Source: Planktothrix sp. GU0601_MAG3 (lineage in GTDB: Bacteria > Cyanobacteriota > Cyanobacteriia > Cyanobacteriales > Microcoleaceae). Taken from it: a stretch of DNA of 64,000 nucleotides. Made by a program: the position numbers and the translations under genes. Position 1 is the first letter of the stretch, and each line of letters opens with the position of its first letter. The stretch spans positions 2,548,578-2,612,577 of the forward strand of contig CP136572.1 of NCBI GenBank assembly GCA_035193785.1, read 5' to 3'. The notes beneath the pieces are model-generated. The model was not told the DNA's origin and made no database searches. It saw nothing but the letters and a program-made list of their open reading frames with translations. Below, one piece after another: positions 1 through 12,600 of this stretch.

Positions 1-2412
1 AACAGATAAATTTGAACGTTGACAGCGGCTTTCCCAATCGGTACATATTGAGGCCAATGATCGGGTTGTTGATCAAACTGATAACTGGTGACTAAATCCG
101 CTTCTGTGGGGCCATAAAAATTATAAAGAGTACAATTTTTAAGTTGCTTAAATAAAGCTATCATGGGTGGGGTAATTTGTAGTTGTTCTCCTGCGGAAAT
201 AATTTCCCGGAGGTTAGCAAATACCTGGGGTTGTTGGCTATAGGTTTCGATGAGTTGTTGTAATAGAGTGACTGGTAAAATTGCTTTATGGATAGGATTA
301 TTCGCCAGTAAATTAGTTAATTTTACAAGATCTAATCGGGACTCATCGGTAGCAATAAAGAGGGTTCCTCCTAAACACCAAGCCGCAAACATTTCATGGT
401 AACTAACATCAAAATTAAAAGGAGCAAATTGCAAGAAATTCCTTTCCGGTGACATTTTAGCCCGATGATGCTCAATCAGATTAGTTAAGGATTGATGGGG
501 GATCATAATTCCTTTGGGAACCCCCGTAGAGCCAGAACTATAAATAATATAGGCTAAATCTGTTAACTCCATCGGAATATCAAGATTGGTCTGGGATTCT
601 AAGCTAATTTCTGGCAATTCTTGATCTAGTAAAATAACTTGATTAATATTTTTTGGGGTTAATAAAGATTGGCAATCTTTTTGAGTTAATAATAGGTTAA
701 GTTGGGTATCCTGTAGAATATAATTGAGTCTTTCCGGGGGATAGCTTGGGTCTAAGGGCACACAAACTCCGCCAACTTTTAACACAGCTAAAATGGCAAT
801 CGCCACGTTAAGAGAACGTTCTAAACCAATACCGACTAAGGTTTGGGGAACAACGCCTCTTTTTTGCAAGTAATGGGCTAATTGATTAGCCTGCTGATTT
901 AATTCTTGATAAGTTAATTTTTGGTTCTGAAAAACGGCGGCTAAAGTATCAGGGGTCTTGATAACTTGTTGTTCAAATAATTGCTGAACACAGGCTTTTA
1001 GAGGATTTTCAGGAGTTGTTTGATTCCAGTCAACTAACAATAATTGACGTTTCTGTTGGGGTTAAAATCGGTAATTCCTGAATCGTCGCCTGGGGATGAT
1101 TAGCCATTCCTGCTAATAGGGTTTGAAAATGACCGATCATCCGCTCAATCACCTGATCTTCAAAACGTTCTTGAGGATAGATAATTTTGCCCGTTAATGT
1201 CTCACCTGGGGTAACAATTAATGTTAAAGGATAATCGGCGTGGCCATTATCTCGCATTTCACCTAATCGCAATCCATCAATAGACTGTTGCTTGACATCA
1301 CTAAAAGGTAAATTTTCAAAAACCACAAAACTTTCAAATACCGATTTAGGCGCGGGAATCTCGCTCCATTTTTGAATATCTACTAGGGGACTGTAGGCAT
1401 AGTTATCCCGTTCTAAATGTTCTTTTTGTAACTGTTGTAACCAGGGAATTAACTGGACTTTAGGATCAATTTTAACTCGCACAGGTAGGGTATTTACAAA
1501 TATTCCCACCATTAAATCAATGCCTTTAAAACTGGGGGTACGGCCAGAAACAGTCGCACCAAAAACCACATCTAACTCGCTACTATAATGGTGTAATAGT
1601 AAGGCCCAAGCAGCCTGAATAAAAAGGGAAAGAGTTAGATGATTTTCTTTAGCTATTTGTTTAAGGGTGATCGTGATTTCCCTAGATAGTTGAAATTTTT
1701 GATGGGTATAGGTTTTGCCCGGGGAAACTAGACTATTAACGGGTTTATCTACTGTTAAGGGAGTGGGTGAAGTAAATCCTTTAAGATTTTGTCGCCAAAA
1801 GCTTTCCGCTTGGGTTTGATCTTGCCGTTGTATCCAATTAATATAATCTTGATAGGGACGGGGTGCGGGCAGAATTACGGGCTGATTTTTAATGATTCCA
1901 TTATAAAACTCTAGGGCTTCTTTTAAGGCGATCGCGATTCCCCAACCATCGGATAAAATATGATGACCTGTATTTATAAATTCGTATTTTTGATCTTCTA
2001 AGCGAATTAATGCAAATCGGATTAAGGGAACTTTATCCAGTTCAAAGTATTGATCCTGATCTGCTTTTAAAAAATCCTGAAGTTGTTTTTCCTGTTCGAT
2101 GGCAGAAAGCGATCGCCAATCATAATTAACCCAGGGTATGGTAACATTTTTTCTGACAATTTGCAGAGGTTGTTTAGATTTTTTCCAGGCAAAGCAAGTC
2201 CGAAAAATGCCATGCCGATCAACAATTTGCTGCCAAGCTAATTCAAAAGCTTTGGCATCAAGATCACCGGATAAGGTGATTAAAATTTGCGATAAATAAA
2301 CCTTAGATTCGGAATTGTATAAGGTATGAAAAAGCATCCCCAACTGCATTGGAGAAAGGGGATAGATAGACTCAATATCTTTTTTATTCAGACTGGATTT
2401 TTGAGAAGTCAC
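1..2412 (-). CDS. aerG: Aeruginosin NRPS AerG, N-terminal part (C domain + Choi-type A domain), truncated by the window edge; one frameshift at ~1049-1053
   Basis: C domain (YPLSPMQ, HHILSDGW). Removing one base at GTTTC 1049-1053 continues into an A domain (IIYSSGSTGVPKG, FDVSYHE, NFYGPTEAD). Specificity code read by eye ~DVHIIAFLV, a Pro/Choi type. Lies directly downstream of aerDEF. Confidence 0.88.
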
Positions 2413-2451
2413 AATTTTTTTCCTTTAATAAATATAAAAATAAATTAATCC

Positions 2452-3253
2452 CTAAAAAGCTGAAGCAGATATTCCTCCATCCACAGGAATCGTTATACCC
2501 GTCATATAACTAGCGCATTCTGAGGCTAAAAAAACCGCCAAATTAGCTAATTCTTCACTGCGACCAATGCGATTCATCGGAATATTTTTAATTATTTCCT
2601 GCCTGATTAAGTCGGGGGTAGTACCTTCTTTTTTGGCATAAACTTGGAGATATTCTCGATGTCTGGGTGTATCAATAACCCCAGGATTAATACTGTTAAT
2701 TAAAACACAAGATGCTGCTGATTGTCTAGCAACGGATTTCGTAAAATTCATTAATGCGGCATTGACTACCCCTGACTTGACCAAACGGGGTGAGGGTTTC
2801 TTTACCTGAAGTACCAATAATATTGATAATTCGTCCCCATTGTTGCTGTTTCATGCTCGGTAATACTAAATTAGTTAAGCGAATATAACCCATTAATTTA
2901 CCTTGAAAAACCGTTAACCAGTCTTCATCAGAAAGGTTCTCAATTAAATTTTCTGTAAAATTTGCTCCTTCAGAATTATTCACTAAAATGTCGATGCTAC
3001 CATATTTTTTCAAGGATTCTTGAACAAGTCGCTCTGAATCCTCGGCTTGATGAACGTCGGCGGATAAACTAAGAACTTGCTGGGAAGGATAGGCTTGAAT
3101 CAGGGACTGATAAGCCTCTTGCAGTTGTTGGGAATTGCGACCACAAATAATCAGATTACACCCTTCCTCAGCCAATTTTTCAGCAATAGTAAAACCAATA
3201 CCCGCACTACTCCCCGTCACCAAAGCAACTTTGTTTTTTAATCCCAAATCCAT
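2452..3253 (-). CDS. aerF: SDR-family reductase of Choi biosynthesis (~266 aa repaired); frameshift at ~2796-2800
   Basis: TGSSAGIG Rossmann motif; NPGVIDT and VDGG C-terminal SDR motifs; the two ORFs join as GKEPSPR; position in the cluster. Confidence 0.85.
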
Positions 3254-3299
3254 AAAATTTAGCCCTGTTTTTAAGTATTAGAAAAAATTTAACTACCCC

Positions 3300-3326
3300 T
3301 AAGTCCCACTTTTGAATAGGGACTTA
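3300..3326. terminator. Hairpin between aerE and aerF (TAAGTCCC-11 nt-GGGACTTA)
   Basis: Perfect 8-bp inverted repeat in the intergenic gap; function (terminator or stabiliser) is inferred only. Confidence 0.35.
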
Positions 3327-3347
3327 CTCGAATTTACAAGATGTCTA

Positions 3348-3969
3348 TTAAATCAAAATCTTGATTAAATAAATTTCCTGATTCGATAAATTATTGCCTC
3401 GGTGTAAAACCTGTGATGGGGCATAATAAATTTGATCAGAATTTAAGCATTGTTCCTCATTGTCTATGATTATTTGTAGTTCCCCATTCAGAATAAAACC
3501 TATTTCTGCCTGCTCCGATTGATGGGAGGGAATCGGACAACCCGAAGGAATTTTAATCATGGAAATTTTAAACCAAGCCCCCGTAACTGACTGACAGGGT
3601 AGATTAGTGATGGTATCTTGATCAGGGAGAAGTTTTAAGATTGACGTTTCCGAATTATCAGTGATTCTTTTGATATCAAAGACCGTAGTTATTTCAGGTA
3701 AAGGATTAAACGCTCCATGCAGAAGGTTAGACTCAGCAACATAGACATGATATAAGGGTTGCATCAGGGTTTTATTGCCATTGAGATCCATGACTAAACT
3801 ACCATTTAAAATCATTCCTAATTGGCTTTCTTTATGTTGATGGGGTTCCAATTGGGCGTTGGGTTTCCACTGATGCAAATTGAAAAATAGTATCCTGACA
3901 GTTAAAAACTTTTAATTCTATGCCTGAGCTAAGTTGCATTAATTCATAATTGGGAAAAAATTGAGACAT
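3348..3969 (-). CDS. aerE: Bicupin protein of Choi biosynthesis (BacB-like, ~206 aa repaired); frameshift at ~3863-3867
   Basis: Start MSQFFPNYEL at 3969; repair gives FASVEPNAQLEPHQHKESQ; two cupin repeats (HQH..ESQ..G and HQS..AEIG); between aerD and aerF. Confidence 0.85.
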
Positions 3970-4070
3970 GATTTTTGTAATATATTTCAAAGATTTGCTG
4001 TTAAAAATGGAAAACTTTAGTTTTTTTAATAAATCAAAAATAGAGCAAAAACATCAATATGCTTTACGGC

Positions 4071-4694
4071 TTAAAATAGAGAATCCTCTCGATCAATGCT
4101 ATTTTTTTTCTTGTGAAATAAAGACCAACTCATTTCTATTTCCCCGTATTGAGCAATAAATTCTAAATCATTATCTCGTAGGGCATTCTCATTTGTAATC
4201 GCCAAATCAGCCAATCCTTGCTTCACTTGAATTGCTGCCGCGCTGGTGGAATTAACTAACTCGACTTTTATGTTATTTTGGTCTAAATAATCTGGCAATA
4301 AATAGGGTAGTAGAGGCAAGGGAGCCGGATGGGTGACTAGAGTACAATCATCAGAAGCTAATTCTACATTTTTGCGTTTGGCTAACCCATAAACCGGGGT
4401 AGGATAAATAAAAATAAAACCTAATTGAAAACTCGGTTCCATATAAAAATCGTTGATTTTTTCATAGGCATGGGGAACTAATGCTAAGTCTATTTCTTCA
4501 TCAAGTAGGGATTGTTTTAATTCTGTAAAAGTATCAAATAAATGAATGATCACAGAAATTTTTTCGGCTTGCCATTGGGTGACAAGATAATGTAAAGTTT
4601 GCTCACTGCTGGTTTCCTTTGGCCCTAAAGTGCCAACCCTTAACGTTTGGTTATGAGTTGCAGAACAACAAAATTCCATTGAGAACTCTAGCAT
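4071..4694 (-). CDS. aerD: Prephenate decarboxylase (BacA-like) of Choi biosynthesis
   Basis: GTLGPKETSSE, LVPHAYEKINDFYM, THPAP and STSAAA motifs of the BacA/AerD family; intact 207-aa ORF. Confidence 0.9.
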   Translation of the reverse strand: MLEFSMEFCCSATHNQTLRVGTLGPKETSSEQTLHYLVTQWQAEKISVIIHLFDTFTELKQSLLDEEIDLALVPHAYEKINDFYMEPSFQLGFIFIYPTPVYGLAKRKNVELASDDCTLVTHPAPLPLLPYLLPDYLDQNNIKVELVNSTSAAAIQVKQGLADLAITNENALRDNDLEFIAQYGEIEMSWSLFHKKKNSIDREDSLF

Positions 4695-4834
4695 ACTTTT
4701 AAGACTCCAGAGGTTTTAAGGACGGATAAGTTAACATTACTGTGTGCTTAAACCGGTGATTAATTATTGAGTAATAACTTAACAATCGGGTTCTGATAAA
4801 TTTCTATCTGAGATCAAAACAAAATCTGCTGTAA

Positions 4835-7800
4835 TTACTCTAATTCTAAGAGCAATTCGTCTAGTTCTGTTTGATTAAGATCGGCATCGGGAAAATCCGA
4901 GGGAGTGTAACCTCCTTCTGCTGATAGACAATGATTGATCAGGGACTCTAAAGATTTTTGATAAGTATGAGCTAAATTTTCTATCGTTGTTTTTTGATGA
5001 AAATTTTCACTATATTGCCATTCTATTTCTAGTCTGCCTGAGACAATAATGCTATTAATCTCAATTAAATGGGGACGTCGGCCCAAAGGACTATGAATAG
5101 AAAACCGCTCGACTCCTTAGAAAATTGCCAGCCAACCTCTGCTATCTGCTCCCCCGTAAATTGCCCTAAATAATTAAAGCCAACTTCCGGTTTCGGGGCG
5201 TTGCGGAAATGGGATTGAATGGTTAAATCTGAGTTGAGATAATAGCCAATCCCATAATCAACTCCTCGACGGGGAATTTGTCGCAATTGCTCTTTTACCG
5301 ACTTGAGAGATTCACCTGGATGGTTAATCGTTTCTAGGGTCAGATAAACGGGGAAAATACTGGTAAACCAGCCTACCGTTCGCGACAGATTTAAAGAGTT
5401 CATTAAATTTTCCCTGCCATGACCTTCTATGTCAAGTAAAAGAGCCGGAAAATTTGTCCAATCAGCGAAAGTTTGTATTAAAGCAGTTAGTAATACATCA
5501 TTTATTTGGGTATTATAGGCCCGGGGAACATCCTGTAAGAGCGATCGTGTTTGGCTTTCTGTTAAGCAAAAGGAAAGAATTTTAGCACTGGCCACGGTGT
5601 TAGCGGTGACATCCGCTTGATAATCGCGGGGAAGGGAGGACAGGGCAGAAAAATCCCGGGTTAACCAATAGTCTAAGGATGCCTTAAGTTCGGGGCTTTG
5701 AGCATAAATTTGGAGTTCTTCAGCCCAATCTTTAAAGGAGCTAGTTTTCGGGGGTAATTGGGGAGTTTCAGCTTTTTCTAACTGTTGATAAGCGGTGGCT
5801 AAATCTTCGAGAAGAATCCGCCAAGAAACACCATCTACGGCTAAATGATGGATAACAATTGATAATTTTATGGCGTTAGCTAATTGACAGTAAACAACTG
5901 CAACTAAGGGGCCTTGTTCTAAATTTAATAATCTTTGTTGCTTATCTATTATGGTTGTTAGATTTGTTAGTTGTTCCTGGTCAGATAAGGAAGATAAATC
6001 TACAACTTCCAAGGTAAAGGAATGGCAGTCTTCACTATTATATTGTTGCCATTTTTCGTCTTTTTTTATAAAGCGTAAACGTAGGGCGTCATGGTGATCA
6101 AGTAACTGCGCAATAGCCGTTTTTAATAAATCAGGTTTTAGATTATTGCCAACCTCCAACAACATCGCTTGATTAAAGTGATGGGGTTTCGGGTAAATTT
6201 TGCTCAAAAAACCACTGTTGAATCGGAGTTAGGGGAACATTACCCGTAACTAAACCCTGCATGATTTCAGTCACGGGAGCTATTTCGGTTACGGTGGCTA
6301 ATTGGCTGATTGTTTGATGACTAAATAACTGATTTGGAGTAATTTGTAACCCGGCTTGATTGGCTTTAGCAATAATTTGAATTGCCAAAATCGAATCCCC
6401 ACCCAATTCAAAAAAGTTGTCATTAATGCTAACTTGTTTAAGTCCTAAGACAGTTTGCCAAATATCAGCTAAGGTTTTTTCAATCTCCGTACTGGGGATA
6501 ACCTGGTTGGCGGTGTTATCTAACTTAATTTCGGGTTCGGGTAGGGCGCGACGATCAATTTTGCCATTAGTTGTCAGGGGAAATGCCTCTAAAAAAATCA
6601 AGAAAGCTGGAACCATATAATGGGGTAACTTGTCTTGCAAAAATAGACGCAATTCGCCGGAGGTTAATTCTGAAGTTTCAGGAATAATATAGGCAGATAC
6701 ACGCTTTGTTCCCAGTTCATCTTCCCTGACAATCACAATTCCTTCTCTCACTTGAGGATGTTGAGTGAGAACAACTTCTATTTCTCCTAATTCAATTCTA
6801 AAACCTCTAATTTTTACTTGATCATCAATCCGACCGATAAATTCAATTTGTCCCTGGTTTTGGTAACGAACTAAATCCCCAGTTTTATATAATTTGGAAT
6901 TTTGATTCTCAAAAGGATGGGGAATAAATTTCTCTTGTGTCAATTCCGGTCGATTCAGATAGCCCCGTGCTAACCCAGCCCCGCCAATATGTAATTCTCC
7001 TGGTACACCTACAGGAAACTGGTTGCAGGTTTTCGTCCAGCAAATAGATTTGTGTATTGGCAATCGGTTTACCAATCGGAATGGTAATGGCCATAGCGGG
7101 TAAGTTTTCCACTAAATACCAAGACGAAAACGTAGTATTTTCCGTCGGCCCATAAACATGAAGCAATTTTTCCGGCGCACCCTTATCTAGTACCTCTTGC
7201 ACCCATTTCGGATCAACTGCTTCTCCGCCAAAGAGTAGGTATCGCAACTCACTAAAAGCCCAGGGGACTAAACTAGCTAACTGATTGAATAAGGCTGTGG
7301 TTAAAAATAAGACACTGATCTGATTTTCCTTCAGACTGAGGGCGAATTCTTGGGGCGAAAGTAATAGGGATTTGGTTAAAATTACTATCTTAGCTCCATT
7401 CAACAAGGCTCCCCAAATTTCAAAGGTGGCTGCATCAAAAGCGATATTGGATGCTTGAACAATCCGGTCATCCGACGTCAACTGGATATAATTGGTATTT
7501 AAGACCAGCCGATTCACTGCTTGATGATTGACGACAACGCCTTTGGGAATTCCCGTAGAACCAGAGGTATAAATTATGTATGCTAGATTTTCCGCAGAAA
7601 CCGCAATATTAAGATTATCTTGACTTTCCTGGTTAATAGTCTGCCAATCTTTATCTAAACAAACGACACGGGCTTCATGGGTTGGGAAAGAGGCGATTAA
7701 AGACTCCTGAGTTAACAGGACTTTCACCTGAGTATCGGTAAGCATAAAGCTTAGGCGTTCGGTGGGATAATCTGGATCGAGAGGTACATAAGCTCCCCCC

Positions 7801-9618
7801 GCTTTGAGAATGCCCAATAATCCCACAATCATTTCTAAGGAACGTTCCACACAAATCCCGACCAAGGTATTAGTTTTTACTCCTAAAGATTTCAGGTAAT
7901 GGGCTAATTGATTCGATTTTTGATTTAACTGTTGATAGCTCAGAGATTCCTGTTCATAAATAATTGCTATGGCATCGGGATTTTTAGCAACTTGTTCTTC
8001 AAATAATTGGTGAATACACTGATCATTGGGATAGGGGCTTTCGGTTTGATTCCAGTCCACCAATAATTGCTGTTTTTCCGCTTCCGTTAAGATCGGTAAT
8101 TCCCCTACTCGTTGCTGAGGATTGGTGACAATACCCTTTAATAATGTTTGAAAATGACCCACCAGACGAGTAATTCTTTCGGCGGTAAAAAGATCACTAC
8201 TGTATTCCCAAAAACCCTCTAAATAAGTTCCTTTTTCTGTTTCTGTTTCTTCTAAAACGAGACTGAGATCAAATTTTACCCTGACATTTTCTACGGCTAG
8301 GGATGTCGCCTTGAGACCGGGTAAGTTTAATTCTCCTAAAGGAGCATTTTGTAAGGCAAATATTACCTGAAATAAGGGATTATAACTTAAACTTCGCTCT
8401 ATTTGTAAAACATCTACAACCTGTTCAAAGGGAACATCCTGGTTAGCGTAAGCTCCTAAAACACCCTGGCGAACCTGTTGTAATAATTCCCCAAAAGTCG
8501 GATTGCCTTGCAGGGAATTTCGCAGGACTAAACTATTAACAAAAAAGCCCATTAGGGGTTCAATTTCTTGGCGATTACGGTTAGCAACAGGTGTGCCAAT
8601 CAGAATATCTTCTTGATGACTATAACGAAATAGTAACGTCGTGAAAGCAGCCAGCAAAGTCATAAATAGGGTCACACCCGACCTTTGACTCAGGGTTTTA
8701 AGTTTATCGGTGAGATCGGGGTCAATTTGAAAGCTCAGGGTATGACCTTGAAAGGTCGGAATAGAAGGTCGGGGTAGATCGGTGGGAAGTTCTAATAAAG
8801 GCGGAGCATCGGCTAATTTTTTGTGCCAATAATTAAGTTGATTTTCTAGGATTTCTCCTTGTAACCATTGTCGTTGCCAAACTGCAAAATCCGCATATTG
8901 AATAGGTAGTTTAGGTAAATTTGAAGGAGTTCCCGATAGAAATGTTTGATAAAAATAAGATAATTCTTTAAAGAAAATACCTTTTGACCAACCATCAATA
9001 ATAATGTGATGAATAACTGGCACTAAAATATAAGATTCTTGACCCAAATCCAAGAGGGTAAATCGTACTAGGGGAGGTTGGGTTAAGTCAAAGGGTTTTT
9101 GCAGTTTCTTGAGCCACTTTTTCCTTAACTTTGGCGATCGCTAAATGGGCGACATCCACAACAAATAATTTAATTTTCAGAAAAGGTGCAATTTTCTGGA
9201 CGGGTTTACCGTCAATCATCGGAAAAGTTGTCCGCAGAATTTCGTGGCGTTCAATAATAGCATTAAGACTTTGTTCTAAAACTTCAATATTGAGATTGCC
9301 CGTTAGACGAATAGTTGGACTTTCATTATAGGCAGGATTTTGACTATCCATCTGATGGAGAAACCACATTCTTTGTTGAGCAAAAGAGAGGGGTAAATCT
9401 CCATCCCTAGCAACGGGAGTAATAGCTAATTCACTGGTAGGAGCAGATATTTTCGCCATGTTTAAAAAGGCAATAATTTCTGGCTTTCTGTTGCCAATTT
9501 CTTGCTTGATTTCGGCGGTCATCACTCCCGGAGGAGCCTGATATTTTAACTTTTCTGCCTCTAGCCAAAGTTTGATTTCTAAAGTATTTAAGTAGGATAA
9601 AAAATCTACAATTTTCAT
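4835..9618 (-). CDS. aerB: Aeruginosin NRPS AerB (C-A-PCP-E, ~1592 aa repaired); four frameshifts at ~5100, 6186, 7015, 9104
   Basis: LSFAQQR/HHIIIDGWS C domain; A domain YTSGSTGIPKG and YGPTENT; PCP FFELGGDSIL; E domain HHLAVDGVSW, EGHGRE, RTVGWFT; C-terminal TPSDFP COM motif. Five ORF pieces join after removing 5 bases. Confidence 0.9.
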
Positions 9619-12600
9619 AATTCTCCTTGTTCGTAATCCGCTTTTGTTTCTGTCATCAGGATTTGATGATTTCGTACTGTATTAAGTACCTCAATAGTTT
9701 GAGTTAAACTGGCAATTGTTGGGTATTCTAATAAACTTTGCAATGATAATTCAACCGAGAAAATATCCTGCAAACGAGATATTACTTGACTGGCAAGCAG
9801 AGAATGTCCTCCCAGTTCAAAAAAATTATCGTTAATACTTATTTTGGATAAATTTAGCACGTTTTGCCAAATTTGAGCCATTTTATTTTCCGCCTCATTT
9901 CTTGGTGCTATCCATTCCCTATTCTCTTGACGCTGAAGTTCATTAAGTAATTGTTCCCTATCTATTTCACCTTTGTCATTTAGGGGCAGGGATTGTCGCG
10001 GACGCAATTCACAGTTATAGGGAGTTCCAAAGTGATCTTTTAGGAGCAAATTAGCCGCTAAATTAATAGATTTAGTAGAATGTTTGGAGGTGTAATAAGC
10101 GGTTAATTTTTGTAATCCTTCAGACCGGGATATAAAACGCCTAATTTTAGGATTACTACCTTCTAAACCAATAATTAACTGTTCTTGGTTATGATATAAT
10201 CCAGCTAAAAATGAATTTAATCCTTGCTGCACAGTCATATCATAATAACCCTGAGCTTGGGTTAAATATTTCATCTGGTAGCCTTTACTTATACCTGTTT
10301 CTTGCCAAGTTGTCCAACTATAACAATAACTAGGAAACAAATTTTGAGATTTTTGATAGTCGTTTAGATGTTCTAAAAAACTATTAGCAGCAGCATATCC
10401 TCCAATAGTTGCACCACCAAAAAAACTAGCTAAAGAGGAAAAACTAATAAAAATTCCCTGGGTTTCTTTGAGTAGTTGATGCAATATCCAAGTTCCTAAT
10501 ACTTTGGGACGAAGGATTTCTGCTAAATTTTGTTTGGTTTCGTTTAGAAGTAAATTTTCTTGGTAAATTCCTGCTAGATGAATCACCCCATCTAGTTTCC
10601 CCTTGCCATTGCGCTTTCACCTGTTCTACCGCTTGCTGTAACTGAGTTAAATTAGCCACATCTACCGCTTGATAAATAACTTCTCCCCCCAGTTGTTCTA
10701 ATGCTTGTAGATTCTTAATTTTTAAGGCATACTCATCTTCTTTTTTGAGATGCTCATCCCATCTGTTTTTCTCAGGTAAGGAGGTTTTTCCTATCAACAG
10801 TAAACGAGCTTGATAATTTTTTAGTAAATATTTGGTAATTTCTATTCCAATTCCTCCCAGTCCCCCAGTAATTAAATAGATTCCTCCTGGTTTAAACGGT
10901 AATTCTTGTTCTGTTTGTTGGGATAAATTGACTTTTTCTAAGCCCGTTATCAAACGGATTCCCCGGCGATAGGCAATTTCTCTTTCCCTTGATAAAACTA
11001 ACAATTCTTGCAGAATATAAGCCCCATTTACTTCCGAATTATTGACAGGTAAATCAAGGTGACGACTGTTTAACCAAGGGTTTTCTTGAGCTAGGGTTTT
11101 GATAATTCCTAAAACGGGGGATTTTTGATATGCAATATCATCTTTAGGATCAACTAATTGACTATAACTTGAAACAAAAAGTAGTTCAACTGTTTTTTCC
11201 GTATCATGAATTTTAGCTAGGGCTTGCACCAGAAATAGTAGGCTATAAATTCCCTGCTCCTGTGCCTTTTCTAGTTGTTCTATACTGGCAATTTCTCCTT
11301 GATATTCTTGATATTCTACCAGGTACAGAACATTGCTAATAGTGATTTTTTGCTCCGCTAAAGACTCCATTAATAGTCTATAGTGTTCTGTTTCTCCAGG
11401 TTTTATTGTATAGCGATCGCTACTTAATTTAGAAAAATTATCTGCCGATAAAACCGTTATATAGGGTAAGTTTTTTGCTGTGAGTTGCTCAGTTAAAAAT
11501 TCTCCTAAACCCAACTGATCAAGGAAAATTAAGGTGTAATTTTCACCGAAGGCTGACTTAAGATTAACCGGATATTTGGCTTTCCAAACTTTCCGATAAA
11601 ACCAATCTGGAATTGTATTGGCATTTTCTAAGACAATATCTAATTCTTTAATAATTGGCTTAAATTCACCTGTTTCAAACCGTTTAGTTAACTGCGATCG
11701 CTGAATTTTACCAATAGAAGTTTTAGGAATTTCATTTTTATTTAAGGGAATTAAATATTTCGGATTAACTCCAAAACTGTTAATTACTTTTTGTCTAATC
11801 TTTTTCAGCAGGGCAGCTAAATCATCTTTATCAAAGGTTTCTGCACTAAAAAATAAGGCTAATTGATCCGAATTATTTCCCGATTCTTTAACAGCACAAG
11901 CTGCGGTATAAGAGGCTTCTACTCCTTCTATTGTTTCAACTACTGTTTCAATTTCGTGACTGTAATAATTAACCCCGTTAATAATAATAGTTTCTTTACT
12001 TCTTCCGGTAATTACCAGATGTCCATGACTAATAAATCCTAAATCTCCTGTCTTAAACCAGCCATCTTCTAAGAAGGCTTCTTGATTAGCTTTAGGATTT
12101 TTATAATAACCTGGTGAAACCGAGTCTCCTTTTACCTGTAAATGACCAATTGTTTCTTCGGGAAGTAGATCATTTTCTTGATTGACAATTCTAATAGAAA
12201 TACCGGAAATTGGCAATCCTAAATCAGTAAAAGTTGTGGCATTAGGATGTTCAGAATGGACTCGTTTTAAGGATTGATTTAAAGAAGATTTATCAATGGT
12301 ATGAAACAATAAAGGTTGTTCATCTGTTGGTTGATAATAGGTAATTCCTGACCCCATTTCTGCCATACCAAAAGCCGGACGGACGGCGGTTTTTTTCAAA
12401 TTATAGTGCCGATGAAGTTTATCAATAAACTCCCCTACCGCTTGATTAGAAACCGATTCTCCAGCGACTAAAAAGAATTTAATAGAGTCTAAATTCCAAA
12501 CTTGGGAAGGTTCTTTTGTCAGGGCTTCATTAATAAGATTATAGGCAAAATTAGGAGCCCAACTATGGGTTATACGGTATTGATTAATTAAATCTAACCA

